Shown one piece after another: positions 23,173 through 33,640 of a DNA stretch of 64,000 bases. This DNA is from Schizochytrium sp. TIO01. Lineage: Eukaryota; Protista; Bigyra: Labyrinthulomycetes. Position 1 is the stretch's first letter. Each line of letters opens with the position of its first letter. Under the pieces are notes generated by a model that did no database searches, was not told the DNA's origin, and was given only the letters and a program-made list of their open reading frames with translations. The stretch lies in contig SMSO01000014.1 of NCBI GenBank assembly GCA_004764695.1, forward strand, positions 987,648 through 1,051,647, written 5' to 3'. The translations under genes and the position numbers were made by a program.

Positions 23173-24408
23173 ATGAGGTACGTGGCAACACTCAGCACGT
23201 GGAGATGGCCGAAGATGGGATGCTGACCAAGGCTCTATAGACACCGCTCTATCCGCTTTGGATCAGCCTGCGCCAAGGTGATCTAAACGCATGAATACAA
23301 ACATCAATCGGGTTTCGGCAGATGCGAGATCACTGATCCTCTGTTTACAGCGAGTGAGGCAGGGGAAGCTCCAAACGGCCCTGCAAGGCGAATTCGTTCC
23401 GATGCTTCCTTTGGATTCCTTCTGTGAGGAAGATGAATATCAACGCTGTCGTGATGATCCTTTGGTGTTCCCGGGCAATTAAGGCAAAACACTTTATGCG
23501 GTGGGACATGGTATGGCATGGTTTATGTAGACTTGAAAACTAACACCTTTTACTTGGATGATCTGGGATTTGACGGTTTGATATAATTTTCTTCGCTTTG
23601 GTGACGATAATGACGTATCAATATTGGTTCTTGTTGCATACCCGGTTTGTTGGGGATTCAAATTTGCAGCTACGATCGTGCATTGACTATCTTCTCGCCT
23701 GATGGCCATCTCTTTCAGGTCGAGTACGCTATGGAGGCTGTGCGCAAGGGCGCCTCTGTCGTCGGTGTTCGTGGCAAGGAGTGCGTGATTCTCGCCGTGG
23801 AAAAGCACGCTGCAGCCAAACTTCAGGACACCCGAACTGTGCGCAAGATTGCTAAACTTGACAGCCATATTATGGTTGCTTTTGCTGGTCTTACTGCTGA
23901 TGCCCGTGTCCTCGTGAACCGTGCTCGTGTTGAAGCCCAGAGCTACCGTCTCACTGTCGAGGACGCACCCACTGTAGAGTACGTATCTCGCTGGATTGCT
24001 GGAGTGCAGCAGCGTTACACTCAGCGTGGTGGAGTTCGCCCCTTTGGAGTTTCATCTCTCATCGCAGGATTTGACCCTGATGGCACCCCACAACTCTTCA
24101 AGGCAGAGCCTTCGGGCGTGTATTCCAAGTGGAAGGCGGCAACCACAGGCAAGGGAGAGAAAACAATCAAGGAATATCTTGAGAGCGCATACGAGCCCGA
24201 TCTTGACGATGACCAGGCTGTCAAGCTTGCTGTTCGTGCACTCCTCGACGTTGTTGATGGCGGAGCAAAGAACATTGAGGTTGTTGTTCTCACTGCTGGA
24301 GCTCCTGCAGAGACATTGTCTGATGATCGCCTCAGTGCCCTTGCCGAAATTATTGAGAAGGAGAAGGAAGAGGAAGCCAAGAGGAAGAAGGAGGAGGCCC
24401 AGAGCTAA
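23173..24408 (+). CDS. PSMA7: 20S proteasome subunit alpha-4 (alpha type-7); join(23173..23177,23670..24408), 247 aa
   Basis: YDRALTIFSPDGHLFQVEYAMEAVRKG N-terminal alpha signature and QRYTQRGGVRPFG motif. Splicing aaaATGAG|gtacgt to ttgcag|CTACGAT restores MSYDRA. Confidence 0.95.
23178..23669 (+). other. Spliceosomal intron (492 nt) after a 5-nt coding micro-exon of PSMA7
   Basis: GTACGT donor and TTGCAG acceptor. The phase-2 join gives ATG AGC TAC (MSY), the expected alpha-4 N-terminus. Confidence 0.88.
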
Positions 24409-24910
24409 GTTATATTAACGCCGCTCTCTCGACATGCCCTCACGAGTCTTGAGACAATGTCCTTTGTTCATTGTCCCTCAAGTGTTTCATTGATTAACCT
24501 AATCCACACCATAACAACTAGGCTACTACATACATACATACAACCCATAACACCCATACAACATCAAGTAATTCAACGACCTCCCCTACATGAGTAAAAC
24601 AAAATGCAAAAAAACCATAAGCACGATCTTTTAATCAAGATTTTCTTTTCACTTTTCATAAGTTGCTGCAACTCACTTTCTATTCAACTTTCTTAGTATA
24701 CATGCATTCGTGCTCTTGTAGTTCTATTCTGAAAAAAGCTTCATCGCTAGGCAGGTAGGTAGGTACCTACTCCACATTCTTCTTGCTCTAAATATTGTTC
24801 TCACAATCATTTGTAGGTATTACCTAGTCAGTGCTAATAGTAATATATGTTGAAGTGAAGACAAACCTCGAATTAACTTTTCGATCACAGATCATTGCTG
24901 CGCGGCATGG

Positions 24911-27472
24911 ATGACTCCAGACACGCAGGACTCTGAAGCGGCCGTAAACCACAATGATAGGCAAGGAGAAGATGTAACTTTCTTCTCAGAGGTCAGTGTA
25001 ACCTGGCAGCAAGAGTGGACACTCGAAAATGAAGACGAGCAAGATCACCAGCTTAGTCACTCCGAGAAGGAGCCAGGCTTGCATTTTACCCCTTGGCAAA
25101 ACGATGGTCTGCAAACAAACCGCAATACTGCAGTGAATGGAGTATCAAGCATTATGTTATCTAGTTTAAGTCACGATGGAGTCGATAGAGAAAACACGGA
25201 CCTTGCAAGCCAAAATGCAGATCTGAATGGTGTTGCTAATAGTGCCAGTGCTGACGACGCTTCTTTGGAAGATGTTGATGATGATGACAGTATCTACGAT
25301 GGAAATGAAACCTACGGAGAAAAAGACGAAGATGAGTCTTCTCGTTTGGAAAAAATTCGCCAGGATTTGGCTGCGAAAGCTAGCGTATTGAGGCGAGAAA
25401 GAATTCGCCAACGCGCGGACCACCAACTTGACCATTTGAATAAAGAAGAAGATTCATCAGCGCAAGATACATCGATTGCTCAGTTGCTTCGTCGGTTTCG
25501 TCAAGGCGACCCTGCAGATCGTAAGGATCGAAGTAATGTCGAAAGCTTGTTTTGGTGGTCACGGGGAAACGAAGATGGAACGCCACGACAACGTGAAAGC
25601 CCTCGCACCCTAGATCATTACTTTCAAAGCACCAAGATGCCTGCAAATTCAAAGACATCGTCCGAGCCACCTGGCGTTTCTCTTGGATCGCCCATTCGTC
25701 AAACACTTCAGCACGAAAATAACATCCATGCGAAATCACTGAGTCATGTAAAAGACAAAGATTCTCTAGTCGACGTCAACAAGCATGGCAGATCCTTGAA
25801 TAAAACTTCCAGCCGAGGTCGCAGGCTACATGATGTTTCGAATAGCTCAGGCGAGGATGAAAGTGATTTTCTAAATAGATCAATGGAAATTGCTACACAA
25901 ACACAAACTAATGTAGTAGAGTCCGCCGTAATGACCAGCCCATCGTTACTACAAAGTCCACAAAGCTTTCTTAATGGTACTCGGCGAGAAAAACTTATTC
26001 AAACAACTCGACCAAAGCGTGTCCGGGTACTTTGGGACATCGAAAACGTGCAAGTGCCTCATAATTTGCCTACTTTCGAGGTTGCACGAGCTCTCCATCA
26101 GAAGTCGACTGATTTGGCGCTCGATTTGTGGGGAGACGATGCAGCTAGTATGATAGGCGGCCCCCAGTGTCGTGTTTATTGCTTTCATGACCCATTTAAG
26201 CGTACACTTAACTTGGTAGAGCGTAAGGAATTAGTATCGGCTTTCGTTACCCTAGTAGACATTGGGAAGGACAAGGCAGGGATGGCAGATCTCTTAATTG
26301 TGCAAGAACTGAATATGATTATGCAGGACTTTGCTGCGTCTGAGGTTCTAATTGTACTTGTCAGCAGCGATACGGATTTTGTACCTGCGATTCAAAATGC
26401 TGCCCTGCAAGGATATAATATTGCTTGCATTGGTTCCTTTCGTGACTCAAAAAGCACAGCATTCAGAGTTTATCGTGAATTTGCTTGGAAGTTACTTGAT
26501 TGGCATTCCATAATTGCGGATGTAGAGCAACGCTCACCTGTAAAGGGACAGGTCAAATCTGAGCCTCGTGGAAAGCCTCCCCGCCCACGCAATGGTCACA
26601 AAAAATCTCGTTCAAATAGCAACCGTTCTTCTTCTTCACAACCAAATGAGTCGCGTAGACGCTCTGGTTCAACAGCATCTGCTGAGCAAAACAAATCGAA
26701 ACCTTCAGTGAATGGGCAGCTTCAGGGTTCTGTCCAGACTAGTAACGGAGTTGAAACCCCGTCTAAAGGCGAGAAGACTCATAATTTACCTCTTGCTCAA
26801 TCTCAACTTAATCTTGATATTCACAAACAAAACTCAGTAAAAACAAACACAAAAGGTTCGCCTACGGGTGCCGAGCATGTCATCAGCATAAGCACCAACA
26901 CAGATCGGACTGCCTGCACTGAAGAACCAACTTCTGAAAAATCTGCACCAGAACGTTTAAGTCCCAAGAGAAAGACTGATCAAGTCATCTTGGGAGGGGA
27001 GCACCAACATCCTAATCCAACCACACCAAGATGTCAGCCAAATAAACCAATCATGCCGTTGTCTGAGAATTTGCAGGCGCCGGACAATTCTGTAGATGTG
27101 GGCAAGTCAGATCATAGTAAGGCAGATAAGTCTACGGAGGCGCAAGGAAAAAAAATCCAGCATATCGAAGTGAACACTGATCAATCCACACCCAATAATG
27201 AAGAACGTGTCCGTAAGGAGTCCGTGCTGCAACTCCGGAGCGAGCTAATAAAGCGCCTTCAGCTTAGCGAGCCGCGACCATCAACCTCTTCGCGATATGC
27301 GTCGATATCTACTGCGCCAAAGGCTTTGACTCCAGGGCCATCCTCGAAAGGCAGTTTGTGGCTTCCCACTCGAGAGGAGCGCGTAGCCGAGGATGCAGTC
27401 TTTGCACAGATTCGATCTCTTCAGCAGCGCATTGAACAAGAACTTGCAGGCATCAAAGCTTTACGCGATTGA
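24911..27472 (+). CDS. NYN-domain (PIN-like, limkain-b1/MARF1-type) putative ribonuclease with long disordered flanks (853 aa)
   Basis: The domain at about 26021-26512 shows VLWDIENV, K.AGMADL.I, IVLVSSDTDF...GY and W..I motifs, with the conserved acidic residues of NYN. The flanks are acidic and Ser/Pro-rich low-complexity sequence. Confidence 0.85.
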   Translation: MTPDTQDSEAAVNHNDRQGEDVTFFSEVSVTWQQEWTLENEDEQDHQLSHSEKEPGLHFTPWQNDGLQTNRNTAVNGVSSIMLSSLSHDGVDRENTDLASQNADLNGVANSASADDASLEDVDDDDSIYDGNETYGEKDEDESSRLEKIRQDLAAKASVLRRERIRQRADHQLDHLNKEEDSSAQDTSIAQLLRRFRQGDPADRKDRSNVESLFWWSRGNEDGTPRQRESPRTLDHYFQSTKMPANSKTSSEPPGVSLGSPIRQTLQHENNIHAKSLSHVKDKDSLVDVNKHGRSLNKTSSRGRRLHDVSNSSGEDESDFLNRSMEIATQTQTNVVESAVMTSPSLLQSPQSFLNGTRREKLIQTTRPKRVRVLWDIENVQVPHNLPTFEVARALHQKSTDLALDLWGDDAASMIGGPQCRVYCFHDPFKRTLNLVERKELVSAFVTLVDIGKDKAGMADLLIVQELNMIMQDFAASEVLIVLVSSDTDFVPAIQNAALQGYNIACIGSFRDSKSTAFRVYREFAWKLLDWHSIIADVEQRSPVKGQVKSEPRGKPPRPRNGHKKSRSNSNRSSSSQPNESRRRSGSTASAEQNKSKPSVNGQLQGSVQTSNGVETPSKGEKTHNLPLAQSQLNLDIHKQNSVKTNTKGSPTGAEHVISISTNTDRTACTEEPTSEKSAPERLSPKRKTDQVILGGEHQHPNPTTPRCQPNKPIMPLSENLQAPDNSVDVGKSDHSKADKSTEAQGKKIQHIEVNTDQSTPNNEERVRKESVLQLRSELIKRLQLSEPRPSTSSRYASISTAPKALTPGPSSKGSLWLPTREERVAEDAVFAQIRSLQQRIEQELAGIKALRD

Positions 27473-27685
27473 CCAGCTATTTAATTACATGTTCACAACG
27501 GCATTTTTGATCAGTTTTGAAAGAACTCCATAATCGTCCTTCAATGTATTTGAAAGATATACAGTCAGTAACTCGCTTAGGTCGAAAAACAACTTATATA
27601 TAGATAGATATTCTTATGATATTGACATTGAAACAAAACAACCGAGGCCGCGTTAGAACGTCATGGATCGTGTAAAGCTCTCGAT

Positions 27686-28708
27686 TTATACGCGCTTCTC
27701 AAGCCAATTGATGACTTCAGACATTGCTTCATCTTCGTGACCAGGCTCGTTAAGCAGCTCATGGAATGCATCCGGATAGGTTATGAATGTCTTGTCCTCC
27801 ACTTTGGTGGAGTCGTGGAATGCTTGGCTTCCTTCAATAAGACACAGTTTGTCGGCTGTACCATGCAAAAGCAAATATGGGATTGGGAAATTCGGAGAAA
27901 AGTTCGGGACATCGAGAGATGCTTTGGCAAGTTCGGAAAGAAGACGAAGTTTGATTGTGCCTTGCCCGACCAGGGGATCAGAGAGGTAGCGGTCAACAAC
28001 ACCAGCGTCACGGCAGAGAGTAGTGATGTCTAGTCCAGGCGCAGGGAGCTTGGGCAGATAACTTGCAATTACGGGAACCACCGTTTTGGCAATTTCAGGC
28101 ACCTCGATCTTTAGTGGGGGGGCAACAAGTACGACACCATCATACAGACGAGGGGCTTCGTTGACAGAGTGAATTGCAATCAAAGATCCCATACTGTGAC
28201 CGAGAAGGAAGACTTTTTTAACAGACGGGTGTTTGCTCTTGGCAATTTCAGTAAGTTGGTGGACATCGTGGCAGAAATCAACAAAGTGCTTGACATAATG
28301 GCGCGTGCCCTCACTGTGGCCGTGGCCTTGGTGGTCCAAAGCGTAGAGAGCGAAGCCCTTCTCTGCGAGCTTGCGGCCAAGCTTTTCGTAACGGAGCACG
28401 TGCTCTCCAAGCCCATGCGAGAGAACTACAATCGCCTTCACAGAGGGCTGCGCAACAGGAGTTGGCAGCCAGCTATGATAGTAAATTGCGAGGTTGTCTT
28501 TGTTGATAAAGTAGTGGGAGTCAAACCAGTTTGCGGTATCTTTACGATCTTTACGACTTTGCACGGAATCATGCAGGACTCCGCCGACAAATTCATGTTC
28601 CTCATCCATAGCATAACGCAGTTGGTTTCCAAGAACCACCGCCGCAGCGACGCCAATCAGCGCCTTAACTGCATATCTCATACCGCTTCCAGAGTTATTC
28701 TGCGCCAT
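27686..28708 (-). CDS. Monoglyceride lipase / lysophospholipase (alpha/beta hydrolase, Hydrolase_4 type) with N-terminal hydrophobic anchor (~340 aa)
   Basis: Motifs SHGLGEH, DHQGHGHSEG, nucleophile elbow GHSMG, HGTAD and FHELLNEP. The first in-frame ATG is at 28708 (MAQNN); the longer ORF-track extension runs through microsatellite. Confidence 0.92.
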   Translation of the reverse strand: MAQNNSGSGMRYAVKALIGVAAAVVLGNQLRYAMDEEHEFVGGVLHDSVQSRKDRKDTANWFDSHYFINKDNLAIYYHSWLPTPVAQPSVKAIVVLSHGLGEHVLRYEKLGRKLAEKGFALYALDHQGHGHSEGTRHYVKHFVDFCHDVHQLTEIAKSKHPSVKKVFLLGHSMGSLIAIHSVNEAPRLYDGVVLVAPPLKIEVPEIAKTVVPVIASYLPKLPAPGLDITTLCRDAGVVDRYLSDPLVGQGTIKLRLLSELAKASLDVPNFSPNFPIPYLLLHGTADKLCLIEGSQAFHDSTKVEDKTFITYPDAFHELLNEPGHEDEAMSEVINWLEKRV

Positions 28709-29399
28709 TTCGCTGCCCAACCAGACAGTAAGGTAGCAGGACTCGTCTTGCACGGAGTTTCCCCAACCGAGTTGAGTTCTCTTTCCCTCTCCTCTTGTAC
28801 AGCGTCCCGTTACGTCAACCCTTCTTTGCTTGCTTGCCTGCCTGCCTGCCTGCCTGCCTGCTCGCTTGCACCCACGCCAGCGTCTTCCTCTCAGAGTTGC
28901 CCTCTGCAACGACTCCACCTCAAGATCAAGAGATCCTGGTTTGCCGGTGCCAATCTTCTTCTTCTTTCATGCATGCATGCATGCATGCATGCATTCATGC
29001 ATTAATTCCTTCACTCCTTCATTCCTTCATTAACTCCTTCATTCATTAATTCCTCCATTCCCACTGCTCTTTCCCTATCTATACCTCTTTTCTCCTTCAC
29101 GAGTTTGCTTCCCAAAGCATCAAAGCATTCAGTCGACCAGTCAGTTAGTTCACTCGCTTTTGGATCCTTGATTTGCGCAGCTACTTATCCATCCATCTGT
29201 TCAGTAAGTACAGCGAAGAAGTTTAGTTTAGATAGAGCCCTTCGAGTCAATTCTTCGCAGAAATAGCTCGGAAACGCACAGAAGAAAGAAAGAAAGAAAG
29301 AAAGCAGGTCACTAAAGAGAGGCAAAGCAGCAGGAGCAGATTAAGAGTGGAATTCCCAACAGAGCAGAGGCATAGATAGATAGATAGATCTACAGATCT

Positions 29400-29441
29400 A
29401 CAGATCTACAGATCTATAGATCTATAGATCTGTAGATCTGT
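29400..29441. repeat. Perfect 42-bp palindrome within an (AGATCTAY)n octamer array
   Basis: acagatctacagatctatagatctatagatctgtagatctgt equals its own reverse complement. Confidence 0.9.
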
Positions 29442-31687
29442 TATCTCTCTCTGCGAGCTCGATCGTACATGCATGTATTGGGTTGGGTTGGGTTGGATTG
29501 GATTGGATTGGATTGGTTATGGATTGGTTATGGACTGGTTATGGATTGATGACTGATCACATTGTACAGAAGAAGCCAACAAACAACGCCGTCGCCGATG
29601 TTTCTGAGGACTCCTTTCGAGGTTTCGGTTGATGGAGATCTGGAACGCAGCAATGACCAAATCGATTGCAGATCGATCGATTGCAGATCGATTGCAGGCC
29701 GCGTGGCGATGATGGTTGATTGATAAGCAGCGCCAACGCATGGGCGCCTGCAGAGCCAGGACTTAGTTCTCTTGAGGTCTTCGGGAGGGAGACGCACGCT
29801 TGGAGGTGGCGGAGGGTTTCTGTGCAGCTCAATGGTCTGCAAGAAGCTTGGGAATGCAGGCGGGCTGCAGGCCGAAGAGTTAGCTTCAAGGAGAGGAGGA
29901 CTCGAAGCGTTTTCATATAAATAGGTATCGTAGTTGAGGGCGAGGTGAAGCACATCCACGTGGATCTCTGGTGCGGAGGGGACCTAGGAACAGGTTTACA
30001 TGAAGAAGGTGACGAGAGATGCTCAAGATATCGAATGCGATGCGATGGTAAACTCGCAAGGATGGAGACAGATTAAGTCTCAAGCAGAGTTTTAGCATTC
30101 AACCAAGAATTCATCTACGCAGTTCGTCCAAATAGAAGGGATGCAAATCCATGCTGGTGCCCATTGCTGATCACTCCAAACGAAGGATGTTTGATCACTC
30201 GTCTGCAGCGCAACGCAACGCAGCGCTGACACACACACATTCTTAACATTCTTATCAAAGGCTGTTGCCCAAATTGCTCACATACCAGCGACTAGGCAAG
30301 CAATCTCTGGCATTGCAAAACTTGACGTTTATCTTTTCCAGCAGGGATGCCTCAAACCTGCGGCAAGTGAGGCCACGGAGCTGCAAGAGCAGCTTCATCT
30401 CTTTGGTCCCAACTCGATCGGTTTCGTCATGTTGATCTTGGCAAGATACACTATCTTTCGCAGCGTCCAGCCTCAACTTGGACTTCCTTCCTACCTGCCC
30501 ACCTAGGCATTACTGTAGGGACCTAGTTGGTCATACAGGACCCAGTGCCATCGCTCCTCGCGTCTTCTGGTTCCACAGCAGAATCGCACCATCGCAAAGG
30601 CACTCACTCCGCTGCCTTCGACCGTACAAAGGCAGAGGCCCGAGCCCTACTCTGGTGTCCCTCAGGTCGAAGTTGTCTGTGGTTTATACATCTTGACGTC
30701 TGTCCACGCATGCATGCATGCGTCAGGCCAGCCAGCTCCATCATATCTGCGAGTAAGAGCCTGCTCAGGCCTGAGAAACAAACTCAAGTTTGCGTAACTC
30801 AAGCCTTGGAGACTCAAGCCTATTACTCCTTGACCTTCTTGGGCTTCCGGCGGAGGGAACTCCGCGTCGATTGAAGACAGACAGCCCTTTAAACGTGCGC
30901 CGGTGCCTCGGGAGTCCAAAGACCTTTGTTTGGGACCTGAAGCAGAGGCTCTTCTTTGTCAGGTATTGACTATCAGAACTGTGCAAATCAGCAGTTGAAT
31001 GTGATTTAATGTGATTTAATGTGATTTAATGTGGTTTAATGTAAGTAATGTAATGTAATGTAATGTAATGTAATGTGTTGAGTGGGTTTTCAGTCTTTGG
31101 TCTCAGTTCTTCTTCTTCGGCGGCGAACCTGAAAACTTCTGGTTGGCTATTTACATTTAGCCTTGTCAAGTTGTGTGGATGAAGCGTGTTGAGTGGACCG
31201 AAGGCAGCAATCCATGAGATCAGATCAGATCACGCCCTCGTCAGCTTGGTTGCCTCGATCTTCATAGCCTGGGCGATGGACGGATCGGTGGAAAGCTGCA
31301 TACTTTGTTTAGTTGGTATTCTAAAGAGCGAATCTGAGACAGAATTGAATGACGTCGTCGCGGAAGCATTTTTGGATTTCTTCCTCATCGGTCCAAGTTG
31401 AGGATCTCCTATTCATTACTATAGGAGTGGGATAGGACCCAGCCACGGTAAAAGATTTCTTTGGTAAATCAGAAAAAGATTAAGAATAAATAAAGGACAA
31501 AGGTTGTTGAGTACAAGCAGAGAATTGGTTTCGTTGATCTTCATTTCGTCAATTCTTCACGCAAGCTTCGCTCTTGCGTTGATCGCAACGGCCCGGGTCG
31601 ACGACATCGGCTGCTGTAAAGTCTTGCGTTGGTTTGGAGACTCCGTAGGGTCGGCCCTGATCTGGTCTATTGAGAGCCCTGTTCGTA

Positions 31688-33223
31688 ATGCCAGCGCCCA
31701 AGCCCGCGAGCCCAAGCCCCGAGAAGCATGAGGCACGAACCGATGCGTTTTGGGGTTCAGGGTCGAGTCTGGCCTCAGCGAATGCTCCGAACTCAGTGAA
31801 CTCTGCGTCAGCTGCTCAACCAGAAGATACTTTGCCTACTGTTGAAGAGAAGCTCGGCCAGCACTTGTCTCCTCACCAAAGCTCACACTCACATCACATG
31901 CATGGAACTCCCTGCGCGAACTTGCATCAAACTCAACACCAGAGTCAGAACCAGAATCAGAATGAAAATGAAAACCAAACGGAGAGCGAAAACCAACATC
32001 AAAATTGGAATCAAAATGAATCCTTAATTTTCCACAGTCAGAACCAGAATCAGCAGCAAATGCAACACAGAGCGGAGGAAGTCATGATGGGGAAGGAGTT
32101 CTCCGATGAGAGTGAGCGCGAGCACTCCGACAGCGATGTGGAGTACTGGGAGGATGCCCTTGAGGATCTTCGCGACGCAGGTTTTCAATATCGCACAGCA
32201 AGTTTCGTTAAGCGTGCTGCAATGTGGGGGATTGGAAAGCTACCGCTTGTTGGGAGTATGGTAACGACTTTCATGAATGAGGAGCACTCGTTCCAGGCAT
32301 CACCCGGGGTCCAGACTCGCCTTGTGCGTGCTGAAGGTCGGGCAGATGTTTCAAACTGGTTTGAGTCTCATTACTTCATTAATAAAGACGGTTTGGCTAT
32401 CTTTTGGAGATCATGGATGCCTTATGATGGTCGAGAGCCTCGGGCAATCATCATTCTTTCTCATGGACTGGCAGAACACTCCCAACGCTATGAAGAGATT
32501 GGCTCGCGACTAGCAGGAGAGGGGTATGCACTTTATGCGATGGATCATCAGGGCCATGGATGTAGCGAGGGTGATCGCATGCATGTGAAGTGGTTTGCTG
32601 ACTATGTGGAGGACCTGCAAGAATTTACTAGAATGGCTATTGCTTGCCACCCACGCGATACAAGGGTCTTTGTATTGGGCCACAGTATCGGTGGGCTAAT
32701 AGCCTTGTATGCAACGCATTATGCCCCAAGCTTGTACCATGGAATCATTCTCTCTGCTCCAACTCTTCAGGTGGAGATTCCGCTACTCTCTGATGTTGTT
32801 GTGCCGTATGTTGCATCGTTTCTGCCAAAACTTCCTTACACGGTGATGGATATTTCAACGTTGTGTCGTGATACATCCGTCATTGATCGCTATGTGAACG
32901 ATCCTCTAGTGTGCCATGGGGCACCAACGATGAGAACCTCCAACGAAATCGTTGCTGCGGTTCTTCGCGTCCCATCATTTGCTGCTAGCTTTTCAGTCCC
33001 CTATTTGCTCATGCATGGATCTGGAGACAAGATTTCTCCTCCGCGCGGATCCGCCGCTTTCCACGAGGCTGTTAAAGCGGTACCTGAGGAAGACAAGGAG
33101 TTTCATGTGTTTCCAGGATCATTTCATGAGTTGTATAACGAGCCTGATCGTGATGAGCGTGCCTTGGCATGCACTCTTGACTGGCTTGAAGACCGTCTTA
33201 GCAAACTTGGATGTTGTTCATGA
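31688..33223 (+). CDS. Monoglyceride lipase / lysophospholipase paralogue with Q/N-rich, acidic N-terminal extension (~511 aa)
   Basis: Motifs SHGLAEH, DHQGHGCSEG, GHSIG, HGSGD and FHELYNEP. It shares NWFxSHYFINKDxLAI with the minus-strand paralogue. The first ATG is at 31688; the true start is uncertain. Confidence 0.9.
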   Translation: MPAPKPASPSPEKHEARTDAFWGSGSSLASANAPNSVNSASAAQPEDTLPTVEEKLGQHLSPHQSSHSHHMHGTPCANLHQTQHQSQNQNQNENENQTESENQHQNWNQNESLIFHSQNQNQQQMQHRAEEVMMGKEFSDESEREHSDSDVEYWEDALEDLRDAGFQYRTASFVKRAAMWGIGKLPLVGSMVTTFMNEEHSFQASPGVQTRLVRAEGRADVSNWFESHYFINKDGLAIFWRSWMPYDGREPRAIIILSHGLAEHSQRYEEIGSRLAGEGYALYAMDHQGHGCSEGDRMHVKWFADYVEDLQEFTRMAIACHPRDTRVFVLGHSIGGLIALYATHYAPSLYHGIILSAPTLQVEIPLLSDVVVPYVASFLPKLPYTVMDISTLCRDTSVIDRYVNDPLVCHGAPTMRTSNEIVAAVLRVPSFAASFSVPYLLMHGSGDKISPPRGSAAFHEAVKAVPEEDKEFHVFPGSFHELYNEPDRDERALACTLDWLEDRLSKLGCCS

Positions 33224-33640
33224 GGAAATATCATGATGAAAACAAATAGGAAGCATAATCGTTACTCGACATATAACAGAGCTTGTACCATGGCACAGCT
33301 TTCGCTTACAACTGCTTACTTGCGAGAAAATGTAGTTCTTACCAAGCAAAAGTTTAAGAGGCTAAAAACGTGTTTACCCTAGTTTCGTTAAAATTTGAAA
33401 ATCTACTTTAAATGACTAATTTTGAAAGCTTATGTGTCAGTATAATATGATGTTATTGGGTGGTGACATGTACTTGCGACCTATTGGTATTATTTTCCAG
33501 TTTTACTCAATATAAAATCAATTACATGGAACGTTGAATGGTAACGCCAAAAGTACATGATCAAATCTATTTGCAACTAAATTTCCCGATTCGAGGCTCA
33601 GCTAGATAATGAATGGTACATGGGATGAGGTTTACATAGA

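Noticed and set aside
23451-23580. Intronic C/D snoRNA (GTGATGA C-box) in the PSMA7 intron
   Set aside because: No downstream CTGA D-box or terminal stem at a suitable distance.
23647-23669. ORF-track N-terminus MLGIQICS for PSMA7
   Set aside because: Intronic sequence; the spliced ATG lies at 23173.
28169-29005. 278-aa + strand ORF
   Set aside because: Antisense shadow of the lipase that runs into microsatellites.
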